Below are positions 31,655 to 42,224 of a DNA stretch of 64,000 nucleotides, in pieces. Made by a program: the position numbers and the translations under genes. The DNA lies in contig OZ242383.1 in assembly GCA_965209155.1 (NCBI GenBank), positions 128,001-192,000 on the forward strand, read 5' to 3'. The notes under the pieces were generated by a model. It did not search any database. It was not told the DNA's origin and saw only the letters and a program-made list of their open reading frames with translations. Numbering within the stretch: the stretch's first letter is position 1; each line of letters starts with the position of its first letter. The stretch comes from a bacterium. GTDB taxonomy: Bacteria > SAR324 > NAC60-12.

Positions 31655-32216
31655 TAATCTCATTAAACCACCAGCTCTGCTGGTGCGAACCTAATAGGCT
31701 TTGCCGGTCAGACATGAGAAACGTATCCGTGTCCGTTAGCCGTGCTCGTGCTCGTGAACGGTCAGTGAATTCGACGGCACATTTTGGTTAACATAGAAAC
31801 AATGCGATGAAGTAACTGTTTTCCTTCGTCAAATAAAGAAGGCTGGATGATCTTCAACACGTTTAAAACATCGAGAATAGCAGCGCATTCCATTGCGGAA
31901 CCTCGGGCAAATGCATAGAATCGTTGCTTGTCAGGAAAGGAATTTTGTCCACAGCCTTCTGCGATATTGAGAGGAATCGACCATGAGGCCCTTTTCAGTT
32001 GGTCAACTAAGGCTGAGTATCCTTTTGGCAATGTTTCGATGACTTGGACAGATAACGCTAAAAATTCGATGGAACATTGGTATACATCGAGTTTTTCATG
32101 ATCTAACATGGCAGCCTTTTTCGTTCACGAGCACGAGCACGTCTTACGATGACGAACACGTTTTGCCCCCATCCTGGGGGCCTCTTCAAGCCACCGGCTC
32201 TGCCGGTGGTGATGAC
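31655..32216 (-). mobile_element. Copy G of the 562-bp element
   Basis: TAAT|TAATCTC...GATGAC|T. Confidence 0.95.
31762..32109 (-). CDS. Four helix bundle protein
   Basis: Shares the K->Q variant with copy E. Confidence 0.88.
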   Translation of the reverse strand: MLDHEKLDVYQCSIEFLALSVQVIETLPKGYSALVDQLKRASWSIPLNIAEGCGQNSFPDKQRFYAFARGSAMECAAILDVLNVLKIIQPSLFDEGKQLLHRIVSMLTKMCRRIH

Positions 32217-32249
32217 TTATGACAGGTTTTCACTCCAGCAAGTACTGAA

Positions 32250-33533
32250 ATGATGGATGTCAACATTTTCAACGATTTCGCAAGCTACCAGGCTCATTCG
32301 CAAAGCCTGGCGCCAGTCGATATTTCAGAGGTCGTTCAAAAAATAATAGAAAATGTTCGTCGAAACGGAGATACAGCCCTCCGTGCCTATACTGAAAAAT
32401 TCGATAACGCCTGTGCTGAACAATTTCGCGTTTCAGAAAAGCAACTGCGACAGGCATTGACATACCTGGATCCCAAACTCAAACAAATTCTCGTCGATGC
32501 AGGAAAAAACATTCGTCGCTTCCACCAGCGACAAAAAATTGAGAGCCAGTTGGAATTTTGCGACGATGGCACCGTGCTTGGCTGGAAAGTGACACCGATT
32601 GATGCGGTTGGAATTTATGTTCCCGGAGGTGAAGCCGTCCTTTTTTCCACCCTGTTAATGAACGTCATTCCCGCCCAAGTTGCGCAAGTGCCACGTATCG
32701 CAGTGGTCTCTCCCCCTCAAGCAAACGGTTTACCCTCTCCTTTGATGATGGCCGCCGCCGCCCTGATCGGGGTGAAGGAATTCTATGCAGTGGGAGGGGC
32801 GCAAGCGATTGCTGCATTGGCGTTTGGCACGGAAAGTATTCCTCGAGTCTATAAAATCACTGGTCCCGGAAATCGTTACGTGGCCGAGGCAAAAAGACAA
32901 GTTTACGGGACAGTGGGCGTTGAATCCATAGCGGGCCCTAGTGACATCTTGATCCTGTGTGACCAAGAAGACGCTTCCATAGAGTATCTGGCTTGGGATA
33001 TGCTGTCGCAAGCAGAGCATTCTCCCGATGCCCGGGCATTGCTGGTCACTACCTCTTCCTGCCAGGCAACTGCTGTTGCTAACCGGTTGCAGGAATTGTT
33101 TCCAAAGCTGGAAAGGCGTGAATTCGTCGAGGCTTCCTTCCAAGTGAATTCCGCGATTATCGTCGTTGACGACAATGATGCCGGATTTGAGGTTGTTAAT
33201 GAAATTGCACCGGAACACCTGGAGATTATCACCAACGATCCATTCCGGGACTTATATAAAGTGCGAAACGCAGGTGCCGTATTCCTGGGAGCAAATACTC
33301 CTGAGCCTGTGGGTGATTATTTTGCTGGCCCCAACCACACCTTGCCCACTTCGGGAGGCGCTAAATTTTCTTCCCCCCTGGGGGTGCAGGATTTTCTCAA
33401 AACCAGCTCGGTACTCCATTATTCAAAGGCACGATTGCAAAAAGAAGGCCCATCCATCATCGGATTTGCCGAAGCGGAAGAGCTGTACGCCCATGCTGCT
33501 GCCGTACAAGCGCGCCTGGATTCTGGAGATTGA
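32250..33533 (+). CDS. hisD: Histidinol dehydrogenase
   Basis: GIYVPGG, GGAQAIAALAFGT, AGPS, SQAEH, APEHLE, GPNHTLPT. Confidence 0.96.
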   Translation: MMDVNIFNDFASYQAHSQSLAPVDISEVVQKIIENVRRNGDTALRAYTEKFDNACAEQFRVSEKQLRQALTYLDPKLKQILVDAGKNIRRFHQRQKIESQLEFCDDGTVLGWKVTPIDAVGIYVPGGEAVLFSTLLMNVIPAQVAQVPRIAVVSPPQANGLPSPLMMAAAALIGVKEFYAVGGAQAIAALAFGTESIPRVYKITGPGNRYVAEAKRQVYGTVGVESIAGPSDILILCDQEDASIEYLAWDMLSQAEHSPDARALLVTTSSCQATAVANRLQELFPKLERREFVEASFQVNSAIIVVDDNDAGFEVVNEIAPEHLEIITNDPFRDLYKVRNAGAVFLGANTPEPVGDYFAGPNHTLPTSGGAKFSSPLGVQDFLKTSSVLHYSKARLQKEGPSIIGFAEAEELYAHAAAVQARLDSGD

Positions 33534-33686
33534 TTGCCCCTTACCATAGATTGTCTTCCTCATTGAACCTTTTTCATACCATCCACGGAATGTTGCAAAA
33601 AATTGTCTTATTGACCCCAGTCTTTTTTTGTTTTAAATATTTCTATTATCCATTCAAATCCCAATTTTTATTTGGAGAAAAAAACA

Positions 33687-34613
33687 ATGAGTGAAGTAAG
33701 AGAAACACAGTTGCATCAACTAGGGGGTCAAACCCGTATTGGTTGGATCGGCACAGGGGTCATGGGTCTATCCATGTGCGGACACGTAATGAAGGGTGGA
33801 TATGCAACCACGGTTTACAATCGTACCATTTCAAAAGCCCAACCCTTGCTGGAGCAAGGAGCGCAACTTGCGGATTCTCCCGAGGCGGTTGCCAGACAAT
33901 CGGACATAGTTTTCAGTATCGTCGGATTTCCTCAGGACGTGCAAGAGGTTTATTTAGGAAAGAATGGAATCCTGGCGGGTGCCAGGTCGGGAAGCATTCT
34001 TGTGGATATGACCACCACCGCTCCCAGTTTGGCTCAAGAGATCGACCAAGTTGCCCGGGAGAAAGGGATCTCTACTGTGGATGCTCCGGTTTCAGGAGGG
34101 GATGTAGGCGCACGCAACGCAGCACTTTCCATTATGGTAGGGGGGAACCAAACTGCAGTTGAAATCGTCATGCCTTTGTTTGAATTGATGGGCAAGCAAA
34201 TAGTCTACCAGGGACCTGCCGGAGCCGGACAACACGCCAAGATGTGCAACCAGATCACGATTTCAGGAACCATGATCGGGGTTTGCGAATGCTTGCTTTA
34301 TGGTCACAAAGCGGGATTGGACCTTGAAGTGATGCTCCAGTCCATAAGCGGTGGGGCCGCAGCGTGCTGGACCCTGGACAACCTGGCACCTCGCGTTCTC
34401 AAACGTAATTTCGACCCGGGTTTCTTTGTCGAACACTTCATCAAAGACATGAGCCTGGCTCTTGCTGAAGCAAAAAAGATGGGCATTGCCCTCCCGGGGC
34501 TGGCGCTGGTCCACCAACTCTACCTGGCGGTTCAGGCTCAGGGGCATGGTAAAAAAGGCACTCATGCCCTGATACTGGCATTGGAGCAAATCTCCGGCGT
34601 TAAAAATTCCTGA
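33687..34613 (+). CDS. NAD(P)-dependent beta-hydroxyacid dehydrogenase
   Basis: GWIGTGVMG, DAPVSGG, KMCNQ. Confidence 0.92.
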   Translation: MSEVRETQLHQLGGQTRIGWIGTGVMGLSMCGHVMKGGYATTVYNRTISKAQPLLEQGAQLADSPEAVARQSDIVFSIVGFPQDVQEVYLGKNGILAGARSGSILVDMTTTAPSLAQEIDQVAREKGISTVDAPVSGGDVGARNAALSIMVGGNQTAVEIVMPLFELMGKQIVYQGPAGAGQHAKMCNQITISGTMIGVCECLLYGHKAGLDLEVMLQSISGGAAACWTLDNLAPRVLKRNFDPGFFVEHFIKDMSLALAEAKKMGIALPGLALVHQLYLAVQAQGHGKKGTHALILALEQISGVKNS

Positions 34614-34637
34614 AGGACCTTGGGAAGCATGAGATAA

Positions 34638-35612
34638 TCACTCGCTTCGTTTTCCATGCCATATTCTCGGGTGGGATTGCAAATCTCTGACAATCTGTAA
34701 AACATGCCAACCACCAGGCAACAGAGCTTCCAAATCCGGGGCCTGATTGTATCCAATCTCGAGGAGCATTTGTCCTTCCGGCTTGAGAAAATATTTTCCC
34801 TGATTAAATAGATAACGATAAAAATCCAAGCCGTCTTCTCCTCCGTCTAACGCTTGTCGGGGTTCGTAAAGGGTGATTTCTTTTTGCAGTCCGGAGATAT
34901 GCGCTGTGGGAATATAGGGAGGATTGCTCACGATAAAATCAAATTTTGTGGAATCGTTGAGCATGTCAAAACGATCTCCTCGAGCCAGATGGATGCGGTT
35001 TTTCCGTGGTGTGATCAAATGGGAATAGAATTTGATATTTTTTGCAGCGATTCGCAATGCGCTTATGCAGATGTCAATCGAAACAATGATTAGATTCTTC
35101 AAACTGCTGCATAAAGCCAGCGGAATGGCGGCTGTCCCCGTACCCATTTCCAGAATCCTGCAAGGCTGTTTATCATGAATGGACTGCCATGCGTTCACGG
35201 CGGAGCAGAGCTGTTCCACCAGAGTTTCCGTATCGGGACGAGGAATGAGAACCCCTTCTTTCGCAATCAAGGTCAACGTCCAAAAATCTTTTTTTCCCAG
35301 CAAATAGGCAACAGGAGTTCCCTGGATGCGTTTTTTCACCAATGCTTGATAGTTTTTTTGTTCTTCTGGCAGTAGCGGTTTGTTGTAATTCAGATACAAA
35401 TCAACCCGGCTGTATTGAGCGACGAATGCTAAGAGCAGTTCAGCATCGAGGCGGGGAGAAGCAATTTGATGCGTTTCGAAGCAGCGGCAAGCTCTTTCAA
35501 TAGCCGTGCGGACTGTGCAAAATTGTCCAGGGGGATTCACAACGATAGAAGAATTATGTTGGGTTTGACTCTCGCTTTGATCCCGTTGTTTAAGCGAATT
35601 ACTATTGTTCAT
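34638..35612 (-). CDS. prmC: Release factor glutamine methyltransferase
   Basis: LIPRPDTE, SNPPY, ALDGGEDGL. Confidence 0.93.
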   Translation of the reverse strand: MNNSNSLKQRDQSESQTQHNSSIVVNPPGQFCTVRTAIERACRCFETHQIASPRLDAELLLAFVAQYSRVDLYLNYNKPLLPEEQKNYQALVKKRIQGTPVAYLLGKKDFWTLTLIAKEGVLIPRPDTETLVEQLCSAVNAWQSIHDKQPCRILEMGTGTAAIPLALCSSLKNLIIVSIDICISALRIAAKNIKFYSHLITPRKNRIHLARGDRFDMLNDSTKFDFIVSNPPYIPTAHISGLQKEITLYEPRQALDGGEDGLDFYRYLFNQGKYFLKPEGQMLLEIGYNQAPDLEALLPGGWHVLQIVRDLQSHPRIWHGKRSE

Positions 35613-35617
35613 CGATT

Positions 35618-37483
35618 TTACATCCGTTCAGGAGGCGTAATTCCCAATAAAAACATACCTTCCTTCAAGGCCTCCGCCACGCAATGAAAAAGCAATAATC
35701 GCGCTTCCTGCAGGGAAGGAGACTCAGCATGGAGGACTGAGCAAGTCGTATAGGCGCGGCTGAACATCTTGGCCAAATCAAAAAGCATACGCGCTATCAT
35801 CGACGGTCTGAATTGTTCTCCGGCTTCCCATACCGTGTCATTGAAATCATAGAGCAAACGGATCAGTTCCTGCTCATTCGGATGTACCAGCAAATTAAAA
35901 TCTACATCGGTGGAAACCTTCGAGACTGCAAGTTGACCGGGGTGATTTTTTCGTACAAGCTTGCGAGTGATACTGCGAATGCGAACATAGGCGTAAATCA
36001 GATAAGTTCCGGTATCTCCTTCTGACACCAACCAGTCTTCCATGGCAAAAACAATGGGTTTGCCGGCATCTTGATTGAGCATTCCATATTTAATGGCGGC
36101 AACACCCACCCGACGTGTGGTTTCCTCAATCTCGTCATCATGCCATTCACCCCGGAATTTATCCAAATAGTTTTCCTGAATATATGTTTTCATTTTTTTT
36201 TGAAGCAGGGAGAACAAGAAAACGTTTCCGGTGCGTGAACTCATCTTTCCGGAGGGTAAGCGCACGAGTCCATAAGAAAGATGAATACATTGCCTGGCTT
36301 GTTCATATCCCATGCGCTTCAGAGTTTCAAAGACTTGCTTGAAGTGCAGGTTTTGTTCTGACCCAACCACATAAATGGAACGATCAATATGGAAATCATC
36401 GAATTTCCGTTTTGCTAACGCCAAATCCTTAGTGGAATACAAAGTATTGCCATCAGACTTCAACAGGAGGAAAAATCCCAGGTCCGCCGTTTCCAAATTG
36501 ATACCAATGGCACCTTTCGATCGTTCGAATGTTCCTTTTTGCAGTTCCTGAAACACAATTTGCTTCCCCTCTTCATCGAATTGGGATTCAAAGAAAATCT
36601 CGTCGAACCGGACATCGAGCCACTGGTAAATACTCTCGAAATCATCCAAAGACCATTGCCGGGTTTCTTGCCAGGTTTTCGTAATTTCAGGTTCCTTTGC
36701 TTCCAGGAGTTTCAGGATCAGACCTGCTTCTTCCAGATAATTTTTCCGAACTTCTTCAGTCGCGTCCGCAATTTTTTGTTCAGCTTTCGTATAGAGCACG
36801 CCCAGCCATTCTCCTCGCAAAATCTCCGGAACCGGCTCTTGATTGAAATTCAGGTAATACCAGAGACACTTTGCAATGTGGACCCCTGAGTCACCAATAT
36901 AATTGGCAGCCACGATCTCATAACCATTGTAACGAAAAATGCGGCAAAGACTGTCTCCCAAGGCGATATTACGCATATGGCCCATATGAAATCCCTTGTG
37001 CGTATTTGGCTGAGAAAACTCAATCATGATGCGCGGTTGCAATTCGGTTTTCCGAGTAAGTCGTTCGTTGTATTTAAAGAATTCACCATCGGCTATTCGA
37101 GGCAAAGTGAGTGAAGCCATCAAAGATAGCGAGACCCGGAAATTGACGTATGGGCCGAGCGCATAGACTCCTGTCAGGGCTTTGTGTCGTGACAGGTGGG
37201 ATTGTATGGTGGAAACGAGGGTCTTCGCAACCAGAGAAGGCGATTTACGAATAGAACGACTCAAGGTGAAACAGGGGAAAGCATAATCTCCCATTTCCTG
37301 CTTGGGAGGACGTTCAATCAACCTTTCCAGTTCTTTTATTGAATAATCACCTTGCTCCGGGTCGAGTTCCCGGAGCGAATCGGCAATGAGTTGGCAAATG
37401 GCAATTTTAAAACTATTCATAGGCAAGATGTTTCCCTGTCGATATCCAGGGAATTCAGACAAGAACCGTTCAGTCCAGTGCAA
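35618..37483 (-). CDS. argS: Arginyl-tRNA synthetase
   Basis: GDYAFPCF, PNTHKGFHMGH, KMSSRTG; the start may be the downstream MNSF ATG. Confidence 0.95.
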   Translation of the reverse strand: MHWTERFLSEFPGYRQGNILPMNSFKIAICQLIADSLRELDPEQGDYSIKELERLIERPPKQEMGDYAFPCFTLSRSIRKSPSLVAKTLVSTIQSHLSRHKALTGVYALGPYVNFRVSLSLMASLTLPRIADGEFFKYNERLTRKTELQPRIMIEFSQPNTHKGFHMGHMRNIALGDSLCRIFRYNGYEIVAANYIGDSGVHIAKCLWYYLNFNQEPVPEILRGEWLGVLYTKAEQKIADATEEVRKNYLEEAGLILKLLEAKEPEITKTWQETRQWSLDDFESIYQWLDVRFDEIFFESQFDEEGKQIVFQELQKGTFERSKGAIGINLETADLGFFLLLKSDGNTLYSTKDLALAKRKFDDFHIDRSIYVVGSEQNLHFKQVFETLKRMGYEQARQCIHLSYGLVRLPSGKMSSRTGNVFLFSLLQKKMKTYIQENYLDKFRGEWHDDEIEETTRRVGVAAIKYGMLNQDAGKPIVFAMEDWLVSEGDTGTYLIYAYVRIRSITRKLVRKNHPGQLAVSKVSTDVDFNLLVHPNEQELIRLLYDFNDTVWEAGEQFRPSMIARMLFDLAKMFSRAYTTCSVLHAESPSLQEARLLLFHCVAEALKEGMFLLGITPPERM

Positions 37484-38516
37484 TCGTAGAAAGCAGATTC
37501 ATCTGACTGAGCATTTTTCCACTCCCCATGGCGACCGAGGTCAATGGGTCTTCCGCAAGAGAAACCGGCAAACCGGTACGTTCTCTGAGCAATACATTCA
37601 AACCCTGCAACAGAGAACCACCTCCAGCCAGGATAACGCCTTTGTCGACAATGTCCGATACCAATTCGGGAGGTGTTTTTTCCAATGCATTGCGTACCGT
37701 GTACACAATGGCTTCACACACGTCGGACAAAGCTTCGCGAATTTCTTCGTCGTTGAGGGGTAGGGTTTTGGGAATCCCGGTGACCAAATCCCGTCCTTTC
37801 ACATCAATTGTTTTATTTTTGTCGAGGGGAAAAGCGGACCCTACCTTGATTTTGATCTCTTCTGCAGTTCTTTCGCCTATGAGCACGTTATATTTCTGTT
37901 TCACATACTGCACGATGGTTTCATCCATTTTATTTCCACCCACTCGAGTGGAATCACTGAAAACAATACCTGCCAGAGAAATCACTGCCACTTCCGTGGT
38001 CCCCCCACCAATGTCTACGATCATATTTCCGCTGGCTTCTGTAATCGGCAGTCCTGCACCAATGGCAGCCGCCATCGGTTCTTCAATCAAAAAAACGTCT
38101 TTGGCGCCTGCAGATTTAGCCGATTCCCGGACGGCTCGTTTTTCCACTTGAGTGATACCCGAAGGAACAGCCACGATGATTCGAGGTCTCAGACGGAATA
38201 AATGCTCCCTACGCTTTTGTACCTGCCGGATGAAATAACGCAGCATTTCTTCAACAATTTCGAAATCGGAAATCACTCCATCTTTCATAGGACGAATGGC
38301 AACAATACTTCCGGGAGTCCTTCCCAACATAGTTTTCGCCTCTTTTCCCACTGCCAGAACTTTTACCGAATTTCTTGCGTCCGTTTTAATCGCTACTACC
38401 GACGGTTCCCGGATCAGAATCCCATGCCCACGCATGAAAACCAGCGTATTGGCCGTTCCCAAGTCAATCGCCAGGTCCTCTGAAAAATAATTCATGAATG
38501 AACTGAAAACACCCAT
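37470..38516 (-). CDS. mreB: Rod shape protein
   Basis: IDLGTANT, EEPMAAAIG, DIGGGTT. Confidence 0.97.
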   Translation of the reverse strand: MGVFSSFMNYFSEDLAIDLGTANTLVFMRGHGILIREPSVVAIKTDARNSVKVLAVGKEAKTMLGRTPGSIVAIRPMKDGVISDFEIVEEMLRYFIRQVQKRREHLFRLRPRIIVAVPSGITQVEKRAVRESAKSAGAKDVFLIEEPMAAAIGAGLPITEASGNMIVDIGGGTTEVAVISLAGIVFSDSTRVGGNKMDETIVQYVKQKYNVLIGERTAEEIKIKVGSAFPLDKNKTIDVKGRDLVTGIPKTLPLNDEEIREALSDVCEAIVYTVRNALEKTPPELVSDIVDKGVILAGGGSLLQGLNVLLRERTGLPVSLAEDPLTSVAMGSGKMLSQMNLLSTIALD

Positions 38517-38721
38517 ATCTCCTCTTCAATGAATTAGGCAAAAAAATATTTTTAGAAAGGATTCGTCGCTATTCCATATCTTTATCGACCTGACTTGTTT
38601 CCTTCTGCCAACCGAGCTGGTTAAAAAAACCGGAGAAACCAAAATTTTGAAATTTGATTTTTTTGAGACTGACGGCACTGTCATTATTCCTGGTGCGTCC
38701 CGTTGCCTGATCGCGATCTTG

Positions 38722-38949
38722 CTATTTCTGTTTGGACACCCGTTCTCTTTGAATGATACGTCCACGATCCAAATCATAAGGGGACAACTCCACTTTTACC
38801 GTATCCCCTGGCAAAACACGGATTTTGTACATTTTCATTTTTCCGGACAGGTGTCCGATGACGACATGCTTATTTTCCAGTTGAACACGAAATATTCCTT
38901 TTGAAGAATCAAGTACTACACCATCAAATACCAATTTTTCTTCACTCAA
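38722..38949 (-). CDS. infA: Translation initiation factor IF-1
   Basis: [36 protein letters not shown] start inferred. Confidence 0.93.
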   Translation of the reverse strand: MSEEKLVFDGVVLDSSKGIFRVQLENKHVVIGHLSGKMKMYKIRVLPGDTVKVELSPYDLDRGRIIQRERVSKQK

Positions 38950-39219
38950 TTGCTTCCTTTCTTTTTTTAATGACAGAAAAAATCTCAAAATCCTGCACGT
39001 ACGACAGTCTCATTTTTCAATTCTTGAACGGAGGTACGATAGCGCTTAGATTATTAAAGCGTTAAGATATAACAGAAAGTAAAGGCAATAAAAAGATTAA
39101 GTATCGATGAATGCGTTTTCAGTCAGACACTATCTTTAATTATTTTATGGTGTACCATAGCGGCTTAAGATGACAGAAATTGCGTTAACGGCATCGCAAC
39201 AGGTTTGATTGAAGGGTGA

Positions 39220-39781
39220 ATTATCACCGCCGGCAGAGCCGGTGGCTTGAAGAGGCCCCCAGTATGAGGGCAATACGTGTTCGTCATCGTAAGACGTGCT
39301 CGTGCTCGTGAACGAAAAAGGCTGCCATGTCAGATCATGAAAAACTCGATGTATACCAATGTTCCATCGAATTTTTAGCGTTATCTGTCCAAGTCATCGA
39401 AACATTGCCAAAAGGATACTCAGCCTTAGTTGACCAACTGAAAAGGGCCTCATGGTCGATTCCTCTCAATATCGCAGAAGGCTGTGGAAAAAATTCCTTT
39501 CCTGACAAGTAACGATTCTATGCATTTGCCCGAGGTTCCGCAATGGAATGCGCTGCTATTCTCGATGTTTTAAACGTGTTGAAGATCATCCAGCCTCCTT
39601 TATTTGACGAAGGGAAACAGTTACTTCATCGCATTGTTTCTATGTTAACCAAAATGTGGCGTCGAATTCACTGACCGTTCACGAGCACGAGCACGGCTAA
39701 CGGACACGGATACGTTTCTCATGTCTGACCGGCAAAGCCGATTAGGTTCGCACCAGCAGAGCTGGTGGTTTAATGAGATTA
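39220..39781 (+). mobile_element. Copy H of the 562-bp element (variant terminus, cargo with a nonsense mutation)
   Basis: ATTATCACC...GAGATTA|ATTA. Confidence 0.92.
39327..39674 (+). pseudogene. Four helix bundle gene with a premature stop
   Basis: CAA->TAA at 39510-39512; the remainder is colinear with intact copies. Confidence 0.9.
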
Positions 39782-39798
39782 ATTATCGGAGAATTCAG

Positions 39799-40671
39799 GT
39801 GGAGCGGTTTATCAAGGTAAAACCCCGATTTCTTCAGTCCGGAGATCGCAGGTTGTCTTTGGAGCATCCTCTATTGGTAGGGGTCTTGAATGTAACCCCG
39901 GATTCCTTTTCAGATGGAGGAAAGTTTGCCGATCCGCAATCCGCGCTCCTGCATGCGCGTCAAATGATCGAGATGGGGGCCGACTGGATCGACATTGGAG
40001 GTGAATCTTCGGGCCCTGGTAGCCAAGCTGTGTCATTGGAGGTGGAGTTGCAGCGCACGCTTCCCATCATCCGGGCATTGCGTCGGGAAAGCGATATTTG
40101 GATTTCCGTGGATACCTATAAAGCAGAAACCGCTCGACAGGCCATCGCCGCTGGTGCCAATGCAATCAATGACGTCACCGCACTCAGAGGTGATCCCGAA
40201 ATGATTCAGACTGTGGCTGAAAGCGGGGTTCCCCTGGTAATCACTTACTCAAAAGATCCAAATGCCCGCACCACCAAAACCCGCACCACTTACCTGAATG
40301 TCGTAAAAACCGTTGAAACATTTTTTCAGAGTCGTTTGAGTTGGTTACGAAGTGAGGGAATCCCACTGCAAAACGTAATTCTCGATCCAGGAATGGGATA
40401 TTTCGTCAGTGGTCATTCTCGTTACAGTTTTGAAATCTTGCGCCGGTTGCCAGAACTGGTTAGATGGGGCTTTCCCATTATGGTGAGTGCTTCCCGTAAA
40501 TCCTTTTTAGCCGAGGTTTCTCCCGGACAATTTTTAACTCCTCAACAAAGAGAAGTTCCAACCCTTGTTGCCACCAGTATTGCAATCTGGCAAGGCGCTT
40601 CGTTGCTCAGATTGCACGATGTTCAGCATGGAAGATTGGTTTTAGATACATTACGAAAACTACAGGAATAG
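39799..40671 (+). CDS. folP: Dihydropteroate synthase
   Basis: NVTPDSFSDGG, DIGGES, SVDT, LDPGMG, SRKSF; GTG start after GGAGA. Confidence 0.93.
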   Translation: MERFIKVKPRFLQSGDRRLSLEHPLLVGVLNVTPDSFSDGGKFADPQSALLHARQMIEMGADWIDIGGESSGPGSQAVSLEVELQRTLPIIRALRRESDIWISVDTYKAETARQAIAAGANAINDVTALRGDPEMIQTVAESGVPLVITYSKDPNARTTKTRTTYLNVVKTVETFFQSRLSWLRSEGIPLQNVILDPGMGYFVSGHSRYSFEILRRLPELVRWGFPIMVSASRKSFLAEVSPGQFLTPQQREVPTLVATSIAIWQGASLLRLHDVQHGRLVLDTLRKLQE

Positions 40672-40686
40672 ATTTGTATCCATAAA

Positions 40687-41248
40687 GTCATCACCACCGG
40701 CAGAGCCGGTGGCTTGAAGAGGCCCCCAGTATGAGGGCAAAACGTGTTCGTCATCGTAAGACGTGCTCGTGCTCGTGAATGAAAAAGGCTGTCATGTTAG
40801 ATCATGAAAAACTCGATGTATACCAATGTTCCATCGAATTTTTAGCGTTATCTGTCCAAGTCATCGAAACATTGCCAAAAGGATACTCAGCCTTAGTTGA
40901 CCAACTGAAAAGGGCCTCATGGTCGATTCCTCTCAATATCGCAGAAGGCTGTGGAAAAAATTCCTTTCCTGACAAGCAACGATTCTATGCATTTGCCCGA
41001 GGTTCCGCAATGGAATGCGCTGCTATTCTCGATGTTTTAAACGTGTTGAAGATCATCCAGCCTCCTTTATTTGACGAAGGGAAACAGTTACTTCATCGCA
41101 TTGTTTCTATGTTAACCAAAATGTGCCGTCGAATTCACTGACCGTTCACGAGCACGAGCACGGCTCACGGACACGGATACGTTTCTCATGTCTGACCGGC
41201 AAAGCCTATTAGGTTCGCACCAGCAGAGCTGGTGGTTTAATGAGATTA
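40687..41248 (+). mobile_element. Copy I of the 562-bp element
   Basis: GTCATC...GAGATTA|ATTA. Confidence 0.95.
40794..41141 (+). CDS. Four helix bundle protein
   Basis: Consensus protein; the upstream ATG at 40779 arises from a point change. Confidence 0.9.
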   Translation: MLDHEKLDVYQCSIEFLALSVQVIETLPKGYSALVDQLKRASWSIPLNIAEGCGKNSFPDKQRFYAFARGSAMECAAILDVLNVLKIIQPPLFDEGKQLLHRIVSMLTKMCRRIH

Positions 41249-41260
41249 ATTATTTTTAGA

Positions 41261-41289
41261 TTGACAAACAATTTTTTTCAGCTTAAACT
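41261..41289 (+). promoter_or_regulatory. Sigma70 promoter for the tRNA genes
   Basis: TTGACA-17 bp-TAAACT just upstream of tRNA-Glu. Confidence 0.7.
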
Positions 41290-41305
41290 CATGAGTCTTT
41301 GTTGC

Positions 41306-41382
41306 GTCCCCATCGTCTAGTCGGCCAAGGACTCCGCCCTTTCACGGCGGCAACAGGGGTTCGAATCCCCTTGGGGATGCCA
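41306..41382 (+). tRNA. tRNA-Glu(TTC)
   Basis: Cloverleaf, anticodon arm CCGCC-CT TTC AC-GGCGG, GGTTCGAATCC, CCA end. Confidence 0.96.
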
Positions 41383-41419
41383 GAAGAAAGCATTTCATAT
41401 CCCATCAAGTCGTATCATC

Positions 41420-41495
41420 GGGGACGTAGCTCAGCTGGGAGAGCACGACGCTGGCAGCGTCGGGGTCAGGGGTTCGATTCCCCTCGTCTCCACCA
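41420..41495 (+). tRNA. tRNA-Ala(GGC)
   Basis: Cloverleaf, CGACG-CT GGC AG-CGTCG, G3:U70, CCA end. Confidence 0.96.
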
Positions 41496-41622
41496 TCCTT
41501 TCGTCGATCAACGAGAAGTGACCGGGCAGAGAGAAGGAAAAACAAAAAATTTCTTGATATAATTTACTTTATTGGATAATAATTCAGACTGATAGACTTT
41601 CTAAATGAAGCCGGAGAATTCC

Positions 41623-41937
41623 ATGTACGCCATTATCGAGACAGGAGGTAAGCAATACCGGGTGGAGCCAGGGCGAGAGATTCAGGTCGATCTTCTCTCG
41701 AACGAACCCGGTTCGTCTTTTGAAACTGATCAAGTGTTGTTGATGCATGATGGTTCCCAAACCCATGTGGGTGTGCCGAGAGTCGAAGGAGCGGTGGTCA
41801 AAGGGACTGTGCTGGAACACGCAAAAGGAAAGAAAATTGTTGTTTTCAAAATGAAACGTCGCAAAGGATACCGTCGCACCAAGGGGCATCGACAGCAATA
41901 CACGCGAATTAAAATTGATTCGATTCATATAAACTGA
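41623..41937 (+). CDS. rplU: 50S ribosomal protein L21
   Basis: [21 protein letters not shown]. Confidence 0.97.
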   Translation: MYAIIETGGKQYRVEPGREIQVDLLSNEPGSSFETDQVLLMHDGSQTHVGVPRVEGAVVKGTVLEHAKGKKIVVFKMKRRKGYRRTKGHRQQYTRIKIDSIHIN

Positions 41938-41948
41938 GAAAGGGAATC

Positions 41949-42224
41949 ATGGCTCATAAAAAGGCAGGTGGCAGCAGCCGCAATGGTAGAGACTCGGCCG
42001 GTAAACGTCGAGGCGTTAAACGATTTGGAGGTCAATTCGTAAAAAGTGGCACGATTATCGTGCGTCAGGTAGGATCGACCTTTCACGCAGGCAGAAATGT
42101 GGGGACGGGAAGAGACTTTACGTTGTTTGCGCTCAGCGACGGTTTTGTCGAATTTGTGAGAAAGCGTCACAGACACACTACTTCAGAACGAAAGTTCATC
42201 AACGTCATTCCTGCTCAACAATGA
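41949..42224 (+). CDS. rpmA: 50S ribosomal protein L27
   Basis: [16 protein letters not shown]. Confidence 0.97.
   Translation: MAHKKAGGSSRNGRDSAGKRRGVKRFGGQFVKSGTIIVRQVGSTFHAGRNVGTGRDFTLFALSDGFVEFVRKRHRHTTSERKFINVIPAQQ

Noticed and set aside
39721..39798. ORF-track N-terminal extension of folP
   Set aside because: It derives from element H sequence; the GTG at 39799 has an RBS
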